Shown piece by piece: positions 27,705 through 36,357 of a DNA stretch of 64,000 nucleotides. The stretch lies in IMG/VR virus record IMGVR_UViG_3300028569_000028, positions 1-64,000 of that record. One strand, written 5' to 3'. This DNA comes from a virus. The notes under the pieces were generated by a model. It saw nothing but the letters and a program-made list of their open reading frames with translations, did not search any database and was not told where the DNA came from. The translations under genes and the position numbers were made by a program. Within the stretch, counting starts at the first letter, position 1. Each line of letters begins with the position of its first letter.

Positions 27705-28102
27705 TTAGCTGGCAAGAAATTCTAGGCACTTATAAAGAAGCAGACATCCCCAAAGAACATTTGGACAATCTTAGAATTTTGCATAAAAAGATGAATGAAG
27801 TTAGAAAGCAGTACGCTAAGCCGATGACTCCTACCAGCATATATCGAAGTATGGCTGATCATTTGCGTATTTATAAAGAACTTGGCATAACTGACAAGGC
27901 TAAGATTCCAATGAAGTCAAAGCATTTAAGTGGAGAAGCTATTGATATCTCCGATAAAGATGGTGAGCTGATGATTTGGTGCAAGAGTAATGTACTTATA
28001 CTGGAAAGTGTCGGTTTATGGTGCGAAGAGAAAGATGACAAGAAAAGAGTTCACTTCCAGATAGTTCCTCCTAAAAGCGGTAATAGATTCTTTCTTCCAT
28101 AG
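27701..28102 (+). CDS. peptidase M15-family peptidoglycan hydrolase (candidate endolysin)
   Basis: TSIYRS; SKHLSGEAIDI (H-x6-D); VHFQ. Confidence 0.8.
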   Translation: MISWQEILGTYKEADIPKEHLDNLRILHKKMNEVRKQYAKPMTPTSIYRSMADHLRIYKELGITDKAKIPMKSKHLSGEAIDISDKDGELMIWCKSNVLILESVGLWCEEKDDKKRVHFQIVPPKSGNRFFLP

Positions 28103-28270
28103 TATTGACAAACTTTATTTATCATGAGAGACTGCTAAAATGAATTCTGAAGACTACCACAGCCAACGAATTAAGTTACAAGTGTTACAGGCAAAATTAC
28201 AATTTTTACAAGTTGTAATTCAAGTTACTACATTGGCGGCTACTTTAATACTTCTTGGGAATAAGCTATA

Positions 28271-28570
28271 ATGGTCACTATGATAGTTGTTGGAATTTTG
28301 TTGACAATTAATATGTTTTTAATGCATATTGAGTATCTAGGAAAGGCGTATAGCTGGACTTATAAAAAACTCATGAGACCAAAATTTGAATCAGGTGAAC
28401 TTGTAATGATAGGAAATATAGAATTTAAAGTTATGTATGTGACAAAAAACCATAGACCGTACACTTATTATTGTACGCCAGTTAGTTATAAAAAGATGTA
28501 CTTCGTAGATAATTATTACCACGAATCTCAAATCAAAAAGAAGACTGGTTTATTAAAGGAATTAGAATGA
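28271..28570 (+). CDS. TM-anchored SH3-like protein with C-terminal TGLLKELE tail
   Basis: N-terminal hydrophobic helix; PKFESGELV; variant of the shared tail. Confidence 0.6.
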   Translation: MVTMIVVGILLTINMFLMHIEYLGKAYSWTYKKLMRPKFESGELVMIGNIEFKVMYVTKNHRPYTYYCTPVSYKKMYFVDNYYHESQIKKKTGLLKELE

Positions 28571-29355
28571 GCAAACAGAATTGGAGTAAACCTCAGATTA
28601 ATTTTGTAATTACCCAACATAAGAGAGGATTTTCTAGAAAGGAAATTACTTATAAGTTTAATAATAGATTTCCTGAAAGCATTAGAACTCAAGATTCAAT
28701 TAAGCATTGCATTGATATACATGGGGTAAGTGTAGAAAAGTATATTCCTAAAGTTCTCATTATTGACATTGAGACAAAACCAATGCTTGCTAAAGTTTGG
28801 GGCTTGTTCGATCAAAACATCGCTTTAAACCAAATTGTAGATGAAGGTGGTATATTCTCGTGGAGTGCTAAATGGCTTGATTCTAAAGAAGTTATGTATA
28901 AAGATGTCAAAGGTAATAAGAAAAAAGAAAAAGAATTACTTAAGCCTATGTGGAAGCTAATGGATGAAGCTGATATTATTATCGGTCAAAACAGTAATAG
29001 CTTTGATATTAAAAAACTAAATGCTAAGTTTTTAGAATATAAGCTTGGATCTCCTAGTGAGTATAAAAAGATAGATACGATGCTAATGGCAAAGAAACAT
29101 TTTAAGTTTGTTTCTAATAAGTTGGAGTACATGTCTAAAAAGTTTTGCAAAATCAAGAAATTAGCACATAGTAAATTTCCGGGGTTTTCTTTGTGGGATG
29201 AATGTGAGAAAGGGAACTTACAAGCTTGGAAAGAGATGAGGCTTTACAATATGGCTGATGTAGAAGCCACAGAAGAACTCTTTTTAGTATTGTCTGAGTT
29301 TGATAAATCAGAAGTAGTAACGAGTGCTTTAAGAGCTTATAAAAACAGAGGCTAA
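28567..29355 (+). CDS. RNase H-like (DEDD/YprB-type) exonuclease with N-terminal HTH-like domain
   Basis: IIDIET, GQNSNSFDIK, IDTM, YNMADV. Confidence 0.8.
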   Translation: MSKQNWSKPQINFVITQHKRGFSRKEITYKFNNRFPESIRTQDSIKHCIDIHGVSVEKYIPKVLIIDIETKPMLAKVWGLFDQNIALNQIVDEGGIFSWSAKWLDSKEVMYKDVKGNKKKEKELLKPMWKLMDEADIIIGQNSNSFDIKKLNAKFLEYKLGSPSEYKKIDTMLMAKKHFKFVSNKLEYMSKKFCKIKKLAHSKFPGFSLWDECEKGNLQAWKEMRLYNMADVEATEELFLVLSEFDKSEVVTSALRAYKNRG

Positions 29356-29356
29356 T

Positions 29357-29701
29357 ATGGCTGGTAAAAAGTTCGTGACAAGAATTATAAAAGGAGCCGA
29401 ATGGCACTTCTACTTGGAGTCTGCTACCGTTTATAAGCGCAAGCATGGTTCTGACTCTGATGCTATTACTTATATTAAAGAACGTGAAGTTTACTTTAAT
29501 GCCGCTGAGTTTGACACTAACTGTGTGCGTCATGAATTGTTCCATATTTACATAGCTGAGAGCAATACTAACTCTTCTCCAGATTTTACAAAGGATGACA
29601 TGGAAGATTTAAGTGCTGAAATTGTTGGGGAATTTGGACCTCTAATAGTTCATGAAGCTGACTTTATTCACAACAAACTTGTAGTATTGAATAGAAAATG
29701 A
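29357..29701 (+). CDS. small zinc metallopeptidase-like protein
   Basis: RHELFH HExxH plus downstream Glu. Confidence 0.6.
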   Translation: MAGKKFVTRIIKGAEWHFYLESATVYKRKHGSDSDAITYIKEREVYFNAAEFDTNCVRHELFHIYIAESNTNSSPDFTKDDMEDLSAEIVGEFGPLIVHEADFIHNKLVVLNRK

Positions 29702-29937
29702 AATTAATAGCAAAACTTGTATTTAAAATACATAGACTTATTTATAAGTACCCAACTAAATCTGAGATTAGACTTGCTTTAGCAGTTATACCTTTTGATA
29801 GATTTGAATTGACAGAAAGTGTAGGTATATTGTATCTTTGTGAGAGTTCTATTGAAGAAGTTGGAGATTGGTTTAGTATGGATGAGAAAGCAGTTATTAA
29901 AGAATTAAATACTTTAGCAGACAAGGTTAAACTATGA
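29698..29937 (+). CDS. hypothetical protein (possible HTH)
   Basis: SIEEVGDWFSMDEKAV. Confidence 0.5.
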   Translation: MKLIAKLVFKIHRLIYKYPTKSEIRLALAVIPFDRFELTESVGILYLCESSIEEVGDWFSMDEKAVIKELNTLADKVKL

Positions 29938-30353
29938 TTGAAACTATTTTTGGTTCAGTAGATATAGGAGATAGAGTTCAGTTTGATTATCCAACTGGAG
30001 TAAAAACTGGGGTTATCAAAAGTGTAACTCCTACACTAAGTAGCATTTCTGTTTCTATTTATTGTACTGATAGATCTGGAGGACACACTCTGTCAGTTCC
30101 TCATTATAATATCACTAAGATTCTTTCAGTAGAGGATACTTCTATTACCACACAAGAAGAAATTAAGAAACCTGCCAGATATAATAAGAAGGGTAAGCTT
30201 GAGTGCTGGGACGTAGTTCTTGACCAAGAGATGAATTTCTTGGAAGGCTCAGTTCTTAAATACCTTTGGCGTTATAAAGAAAAGAATGGAATTCATGACT
30301 TACAAAAAGCTAAAGTTTATATTGACAAGATTATTGAAGAGTTAAAGAAATGA
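29934..30353 (+). CDS. SH3-like + DUF3310 (SaV / T7 gp1.7-like) protein
   Basis: KPARYN..G.LECWD...FLEGSVLKYLWRYKEKNGIHDLQKA. Confidence 0.8.
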   Translation: MIETIFGSVDIGDRVQFDYPTGVKTGVIKSVTPTLSSISVSIYCTDRSGGHTLSVPHYNITKILSVEDTSITTQEEIKKPARYNKKGKLECWDVVLDQEMNFLEGSVLKYLWRYKEKNGIHDLQKAKVYIDKIIEELKK

Positions 30354-30476
30354 CATTAATTAAATGTACCACTAGCTTTTTAATTGGCTTTTATATTAGT
30401 TTTGTAATAACATTATCTATAACTGGCTATGTCATGGTTACAGAATTTGTATCCAAAGCTAGTTTAAGAACAAAAA

Positions 30477-30719
30477 TTGTTTATATTGACGGGAAGGTGT
30501 ACGATGTTAAAGAGAAGCGAAATTGAAGGTATTTACTATTCTAATAAAACTGGGAGAATGTTCGAAGCTGTATCTGATGGGCATGGCTATGTAATTACTA
30601 GATATTGTGATGATGCCAGTCCTCAGTTTGGACCATGTGTTGTAGATTATATTTTTAGAATGCACCATTTTATGGATATATATGAAACTATAATTAGTTA
30701 TACAGAAGATGACAATTAA
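30477..30719 (+). CDS. hypothetical protein
   Basis: ORF; likely start ATG MLKRSE. Confidence 0.5.
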   Translation: MFILTGRCTMLKRSEIEGIYYSNKTGRMFEAVSDGHGYVITRYCDDASPQFGPCVVDYIFRMHHFMDIYETIISYTEDDN

Positions 30720-31267
30720 TGTTTATCACTATTCTTACTTTGTGTATTATCTATCTAGCTTATTTATACATAAGCCAATTAGTAAAGCATAAAGAACTTA
30801 TCATTGGGTATAAGAATCAGGTAGAATCGTATAAAAAGCTTGTGCCGGATGTTGGAGCAATTGTACCTATATCGCACTTTAGGGAAGTCGTTGACAATAA
30901 GACCTTCCAGTTAAATAAAACTGAGGCTCAGCTATTGCTAGTTGAAAAAGAACTTCAAGAGCTTAAGTCTCAACAGCAAAGTAAAAGCGTTAGGCTTGGC
31001 TTAATCTCAGAATGTGTCTTGCCTTTTCACAGCGATTTCAAGTATAATGTTAAAGATCTTGTTCCAGTATTTAGACCCATAGACTACATTGTGTTTGCTG
31101 AAGATGAAATTGTATTTTTGGAAATAAAGATTGGGACTAGCCATCTTAGTGAAAAACAAAGGAACATACGTAATTTAGTCCAACAGGGTAAAGTTAGGTT
31201 CGAAGAGCATCGTGTCAATGAAACTGGATATTCCATAAAGGAGAATCATGGGAAGACGCAAAGCTAA
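30719..31267 (+). CDS. Holliday-junction-resolvase-like endonuclease (Endonuc_Holl) with N-terminal TM and coiled coil
   Basis: PIDYIVF..IVFLEIK.G.S.LSEKQRNIR..V..GKV. Confidence 0.75.
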   Translation: MFITILTLCIIYLAYLYISQLVKHKELIIGYKNQVESYKKLVPDVGAIVPISHFREVVDNKTFQLNKTEAQLLLVEKELQELKSQQQSKSVRLGLISECVLPFHSDFKYNVKDLVPVFRPIDYIVFAEDEIVFLEIKIGTSHLSEKQRNIRNLVQQGKVRFEEHRVNETGYSIKENHGKTQS

Positions 31268-31523
31268 TCTGGAATTAGAATATGAACTTGAACGTCAAAT
31301 CAAGGACTTAAAAGAGCAGAATGCTAAATTAAAAAAGTTGTTGCGTGAAAAAGAAAAGACTGTTAAAGTAGAAAAGAAGGACAAGCCTATTGAAAAGGCT
31401 AAGCCTGTTGAAAAAGAATGTCCTAAATGTGGAGCTAAGATTAAATCTTCTGAACTTCCAATGGGGTATTTAGAATTATGTTCGGTTGGTTGTGGATACA
31501 GGGCAGTTACTAAAAAAAAATAA
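31248..31523 (+). CDS. coiled-coil + zinc-ribbon protein
   Basis: CPKCG...CSVGC. Confidence 0.6.
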   Translation: MGRRKANLELEYELERQIKDLKEQNAKLKKLLREKEKTVKVEKKDKPIEKAKPVEKECPKCGAKIKSSELPMGYLELCSVGCGYRAVTKKK

Positions 31524-31532
31524 AGAGGTATT

Positions 31533-31937
31533 ATGACAAAAGATAAAGGTATTCGAGTTTCTGTAGAGCAGATAATTAACAGCGATTCTTTAAACGCCTC
31601 CAATTCTGACTGGATAACTCCTAAAAAAGCAACCCTACTATCTGGAAATGCTGGTACTTTAGTTGAAGCTGAAGAAGGCGGGATGTATCTGATTCCAATG
31701 GGTTTATGGTTTAGAAGTGATTTATATAATAAAGGACTACCTCAGGTTAGTGAGTTTAATAAACTTCAGGATTTAGGGCTTACTATTATAAAAGACAAGA
31801 TTGTAAGGCATGAAGCAAAAACAGAACAAAAAGAAGTGAGTGATAATGGACAAGCGATTCGAAGCCAAGATAATGTCAGCTCTAAGAAAGTTAACAAAAC
31901 AATGGCCACCAATATTAAAAGCGAAACGAAAGACTAA
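31533..31937 (+). CDS. hypothetical protein
   Basis: GAGG RBS. Confidence 0.55.
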   Translation: MTKDKGIRVSVEQIINSDSLNASNSDWITPKKATLLSGNAGTLVEAEEGGMYLIPMGLWFRSDLYNKGLPQVSEFNKLQDLGLTIIKDKIVRHEAKTEQKEVSDNGQAIRSQDNVSSKKVNKTMATNIKSETKD

Positions 31938-32241
31938 AGTAGGTCCAGAGCTTCATAAATGTCCTTTGTGTGAGCAATTGGTTTATACTGGCAAAAGAGC
32001 TATTGAAGTAATTCAAATCGACCATCCTAGTGTCATTGCTGGACGTATGGACGTAGACCATCGAATTCCAATCATAGAGATTCAAGAATCTGGAAAAGAA
32101 AAAGATTGGAACTCTATAATATCTAGGATGTTTTGTGAAGAAGATAATTTGCAATCGATTTGTTCTAAATGTCACCTAGAAAAGACAAAAAAAGAAAGAA
32201 CAGAGAGAGCTTTAGCGAGGAAGAATGGTACAAAAAGATAA
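31840..32241 (+). CDS. HNH endonuclease
   Basis: CPLC; VDHRIP; NLQSICSKCHLEKT. Confidence 0.8.
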   Translation: MIMDKRFEAKIMSALRKLTKQWPPILKAKRKTKVGPELHKCPLCEQLVYTGKRAIEVIQIDHPSVIAGRMDVDHRIPIIEIQESGKEKDWNSIISRMFCEEDNLQSICSKCHLEKTKKERTERALARKNGTKR

Positions 32242-32983
32242 GATTTATATAGTATACTGCACTACAAATATTATTAATAATAAGAAATACATTGGAGTTC
32301 ATGGATGTTTTAGTTTAACGGATGGATATATTGGAAGCGGTTATGCTTTAAAAGAGGCTATTAAAAAGTATGGTAAAGATAGTTTTTCTAGAGAGGTTTT
32401 ATTTACATTTAAAACAGAGGAAGAAGCTTATAAGAAAGAGCAGGAGCTAGTTGGGGTTGATAAAGTAAATAATATTGACTATTATAATATGTCAGTCGGT
32501 GGTAGAGTTCCTAAAAATATTTCACAAGAATCTAAAGATAAATGGATAAGTAAACTTAAAGGAAGAAAAAGCAAATCAAAACTAAAAATAAAAGTTAAGG
32601 CTACTCATATTAGAACGTTAGAAGTCAGAGAGTTTGATTCTATTTTAGAATGCTCTCGGGTTTTAAATTTATCATATTCTGCAATTTTAAAAGTATGTAA
32701 ACGTCGATATGGAATGACTCATTGTAGAGAATGGACATTTGAAACAAGTAAATATGGAAAGTCCCTACCTGTAAAAAATAAAGATACTTTGGGTATAGAT
32801 ATCCAGCGTGGTAAGTATGTAGCTAGTTTTGGAAAGAAAGTATTAGGGAGATATAATACGATTGAAGATTCAGTGGAGTCTCAATTAAACTTCGTTAAAT
32901 CATTCAATCCTAAAAATAAAGCTCAAAGTTCTTTAAAAAAGAAATATGAAATGTACTTAAGCTCCTTTCCAAAGAGAAGCTAA
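32225..32983 (+). CDS. GIY-YIG homing endonuclease (Seg-like)
   Basis: IVYCTTNIINNKKYIGVH..Y.GSG..KKYG...F.REVL; NUMOD-like C-terminus. Confidence 0.85.
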   Translation: MVQKDKIYIVYCTTNIINNKKYIGVHGCFSLTDGYIGSGYALKEAIKKYGKDSFSREVLFTFKTEEEAYKKEQELVGVDKVNNIDYYNMSVGGRVPKNISQESKDKWISKLKGRKSKSKLKIKVKATHIRTLEVREFDSILECSRVLNLSYSAILKVCKRRYGMTHCREWTFETSKYGKSLPVKNKDTLGIDIQRGKYVASFGKKVLGRYNTIEDSVESQLNFVKSFNPKNKAQSSLKKKYEMYLSSFPKRS

Positions 32984-33120
32984 GTTCTTGGAAAGAGGTG
33001 GATTTGCCACTGGAGTAGTATTAATTGGAGACTGTAAGAAATAATTATTGTTTTTTCTTACGGAGTTTGGTATAGTATTATTACAAACAATAGCGTTTGT
33101 TTATTTTTATTGGAGTTTTC

Positions 33121-33891
33121 ATGAATAAGGTTTTACTAATTCTATTATGTATTTGTTCTACAGCTATAGCTAAAAATGACGATATTACGCTAACGGAAGA
33201 TAATTTTGTTTCATTCAATCGACAAGTTAGCGATGAGTATACTTCTAAGAAAACTCTTGAGATTATTAAAAAAGCTAAAAAGGGAATTCCTCTATATTTA
33301 GTACTTGATACTCCGGGCGGATCGGTAAGTGCAGGATTAGCCTTTATTGATGCTGTTAAGAGTTTAAAAGTTCCCGTACACACCATTACAATCTTTGCTG
33401 CTTCTATGGGATACCAAATGGTACAGGAACTCGGAACTCGATACATTACATCATCTGGAACTCTTATGAGTCATAGAGGTGCGGTTGGAGGTTTATCTGG
33501 GCAAGTGCCGGGAGAGCTTAATTCTCGACTAAACCATATCCAGTCCATTCTAAATGGAATGTCTACCAGAGCTGCTGCTAGAGTTGGTATGAGTAAGAAA
33601 GCTTATGACGATGCTATCGTTAATGAATTGTGGGTTTCTGGGGAAGAGGCTGTTGCTTCAAAACATGCTGATAAGCTAGTAAGTATTCAGTGTGAAAAAT
33701 CTTTAACTGATGGAACCTATACTGAAGAAATGTTTACCATCTTTGGTAAAGTAACAATTGTATTTTCTAAATGTCCTTTGATTTCATCTCCTATTAGTTT
33801 TTCTTTTGGAAAAGAAGTAAAATCTGAAGATATGAAAAAAGTAAAAAGAGTCATTGAATTAAAGAAGAAGAATATTAATTTGACTTTTTAA
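33121..33891 (+). CDS. ClpP/crotonase-fold serine protease with signal peptide
   Basis: LDTPGGSV..G, AASMG (Ser), LMSH (His), W.SGEEAV..KHAD; MNKVLLILLCICSTAIA signal. Confidence 0.8.
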   Translation: MNKVLLILLCICSTAIAKNDDITLTEDNFVSFNRQVSDEYTSKKTLEIIKKAKKGIPLYLVLDTPGGSVSAGLAFIDAVKSLKVPVHTITIFAASMGYQMVQELGTRYITSSGTLMSHRGAVGGLSGQVPGELNSRLNHIQSILNGMSTRAAARVGMSKKAYDDAIVNELWVSGEEAVASKHADKLVSIQCEKSLTDGTYTEEMFTIFGKVTIVFSKCPLISSPISFSFGKEVKSEDMKKVKRVIELKKKNINLTF

Positions 33892-33898
33892 GGAATAT

Positions 33899-34285
33899 AT
33901 GGGAAAGTCTATTGAAGAACTGTTGAAACTTATTGAACAAAAGCCTAAGAATGCAAAGAAGGCTAGAGAAGATAATAAGGATGTACTTGAGTTTATTAAA
34001 GAATTTGGAGTAGAGTCAGGTACACAATCAGTTCCCAATTACTTAATTTTTTATATTTATAGATCAATCTGGAGAGCTGACCAACCAAAAAGAAAGGCTA
34101 AGAAAATAACTTTCTTCCAGACTTTTAGTAAGCACTTTCCAGATTATCGAAAAAATAACCAGCGTTTCTATATGTTAAAAGAAGAATTATTTGATGTTAA
34201 TGAGGAGCTGCTAACTGCTGCAAAACAATATGATAAACAATACTGGCAAAATAAAAAAACACAGAAAAAAGTTCCAACACCTTAG
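33899..34285 (+). CDS. hypothetical protein
   Basis: AAGGA RBS. Confidence 0.6.
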   Translation: MGKSIEELLKLIEQKPKNAKKAREDNKDVLEFIKEFGVESGTQSVPNYLIFYIYRSIWRADQPKRKAKKITFFQTFSKHFPDYRKNNQRFYMLKEELFDVNEELLTAAKQYDKQYWQNKKTQKKVPTP

Positions 34286-34784
34286 AAAAAATGGAGCTAG
34301 AGTGCATAGACAAGATTTTATAGAATCTACTTATATTCACGGAATTGTCAATGTTAATGGAGAGCAAGTAATTCGCCCTCTAAACATAGAAGAAAGACAG
34401 TTCTTGGATGACTACTATAAAGAATTTGTTCATGGCACTTTTGTAACGGATAAAGAATCTACTAAGCTTTTTAAAATAGCTAAGAAACTTTCTAAAAAAC
34501 CAGACAATGTGAAATTTTTTGAAGATAACGGTTTTTACCCAGAAGAAGTTGAACGAGCAGTAAACTCCTTTAATGAGAAGAGTAAGCGTCTTGGAAATAT
34601 GGCTTGTGACTTTTGGCAACAACGAGACATAAACTCAGATGATTATAAGCGTAGGTTTGATATACAGAACAATGCTTCTAAAGGATTGCAGTTGGAATCT
34701 TTTGAGGATATCCAGTATATATCTAATGTAGATGATTTTGTAGATACAATTATTGAAGACCTAATTACGGAAAGCGAGGAATAA
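34230..34784 (+). CDS. hypothetical protein
   Basis: 184 aa ORF. Confidence 0.6.
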   Translation: MINNTGKIKKHRKKFQHLRKNGARVHRQDFIESTYIHGIVNVNGEQVIRPLNIEERQFLDDYYKEFVHGTFVTDKESTKLFKIAKKLSKKPDNVKFFEDNGFYPEEVERAVNSFNEKSKRLGNMACDFWQQRDINSDDYKRRFDIQNNASKGLQLESFEDIQYISNVDDFVDTIIEDLITESEE

Positions 34785-34975
34785 TGTCTAAAACTGTAGT
34801 TATTAAAAAAGACGAAGAAACACAAGAACACTATTTTGATATGAAAGACTTGGAAGATTTGTTTGAAGATCCATCATTAATCGACCAATACTCTATGGAG
34901 TTGCGAGATGATGGTTCTATACTTCTTGAGTTTTTTGACAAAGACAATAACAAAATTTTACCAAATAAAGTATGA
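34784..34975 (+). CDS. small AbrB/SpoVT-like protein
   Basis: beta-hairpin/helix pattern ending ELRDDGSILL. Confidence 0.4.
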   Translation: MSKTVVIKKDEETQEHYFDMKDLEDLFEDPSLIDQYSMELRDDGSILLEFFDKDNNKILPNKV

Positions 34976-35898
34976 AAACTCCTGAACAAATAAAGTTGGA
35001 ACTAGACGAATACGTTATTGGACATGAAAAAACCAAGCGTTCTATGTCAGTTGCGGCTTATAATCACTTTAAGAGAATGGCTGGAAGTAACATTAAAAAA
35101 AGTAATGTACTTTTAATGGGACCGACTGGATGCGGAAAAACATACATGGTTTCTATTCTAGCTAAAATTCTAGGAGTTAACTTTCTTACAAGCGACGCTA
35201 CTCAATTTACCTCATCTGGATATCAAGGTAGGAGCGTCGAGGAGTTAATCACAGACATCATTGGTGTTTGTGAGGATGATGAAAAGAAAGCTAGTAAAGC
35301 TATTATATACATTGATGAAATTGATAAGCTTAGAAAAAAAGACTCCGCTGGTTCTGGTCCAGATGTTAACGGTCTTGGAGTTCAACAATCACTACTAAAA
35401 CTTTTGGAAGGGAGTGATGTACCTTATATTTCTAAATATTCTCAAAATGGAGAATATGATAAAAAGATGAATACTAAAGATATTATGTTTATATGTTCTG
35501 GAGCTTTTGTTGGTCTTGAATCAACTTCAATACCGCATCTAATTGATTTTGGAATGATCCCAGAGTTTTTAGGAAGATTTTCTGTAATTACCCAACTTCA
35601 AGAGCTTAAGTTTGATGATTATAAAAAAATCCTTAAAGACTCTAAAGGTTCGATTCTAAATTCATTTCGTGAGTGGTTTTCAAGTGAAAAAATTGAGCTT
35701 GTGGTCGATGACAGTGCTCTTAATATCATTGCACAAAAAGCCATTGAAAAAGGTCTTGGAGCTAGAGGATTACACAGCGTTCTTGACGAAGCTTTATTAA
35801 ATGCTCAATTTGAAGCCCCTAGTTTGACTAACAAGCCAAAACAATTTATACTTGACGCTAGTGTTGTAATGACAGGAAAATCTAAATGGGTTTACTAA
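34972..35898 (+). CDS. clpX: ClpX-like AAA+ unfoldase (no N-terminal zinc-binding domain, no IGF loop)
   Basis: LDEYVIG..K..SVAAYNH.KR; KSNVLLMGPTGCGKT; DAT..T..GYQG; IYIDEIDK; GVQQSLLK; GMIPEFLGR; GARGL. Confidence 0.9.
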   Translation: MKTPEQIKLELDEYVIGHEKTKRSMSVAAYNHFKRMAGSNIKKSNVLLMGPTGCGKTYMVSILAKILGVNFLTSDATQFTSSGYQGRSVEELITDIIGVCEDDEKKASKAIIYIDEIDKLRKKDSAGSGPDVNGLGVQQSLLKLLEGSDVPYISKYSQNGEYDKKMNTKDIMFICSGAFVGLESTSIPHLIDFGMIPEFLGRFSVITQLQELKFDDYKKILKDSKGSILNSFREWFSSEKIELVVDDSALNIIAQKAIEKGLGARGLHSVLDEALLNAQFEAPSLTNKPKQFILDASVVMTGKSKWVY

Positions 35899-35908
35899 AA
35901 GGAAGATT

Positions 35909-36169
35909 ATGAGCTATAGCATTGATGGAAAAATTGCAAATCAAAGTACAGTCTTAAGATTATCTGGAAAAGTATCCTGTGCTAAATGTTGTAAGAGTAT
36001 TAAAGCTCCGGAATTAGCTATAGTAAATAATTCTGCAACGAAACAAATATTTGACTGTGCTAGTTACATTGGAACAGAGCATTTCGTTTATGAGAGTAAA
36101 AGTGGCACAGCTGTTATTTATTGCTCAGAATATTGCAGAAACAAGCACAATCATAGATTTAACAAATGA
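35909..36169 (+). CDS. treble-clef/TRASH-like zinc-finger protein
   Basis: CAKC...YCSEYC. Confidence 0.55.
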   Translation: MSYSIDGKIANQSTVLRLSGKVSCAKCCKSIKAPELAIVNNSATKQIFDCASYIGTEHFVYESKSGTAVIYCSEYCRNKHNHRFNK

Positions 36170-36357
36170 AAAGAAGTGAGATGATTGACATTCTTAATAA
36201 TGCTATCAACTCTAATCTCTACCAAGATTACTATTTTAGCGAAGATATGCTGGAAGAAGTCTTGCTTGCAATAGAAGAAGCGGGAATGTTGCCTCCAAGG
36301 TGTGAACTTATTAAATTAGGCATATCGGATAATGCTTGGGAGCCTGAGAGTGAATAA
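36166..36357 (+). CDS. hypothetical protein
   Basis: MKRSEM...IEEAGMLPP...WEPE. Confidence 0.6.
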   Translation: MKRSEMIDILNNAINSNLYQDYYFSEDMLEEVLLAIEEAGMLPPRCELIKLGISDNAWEPESE

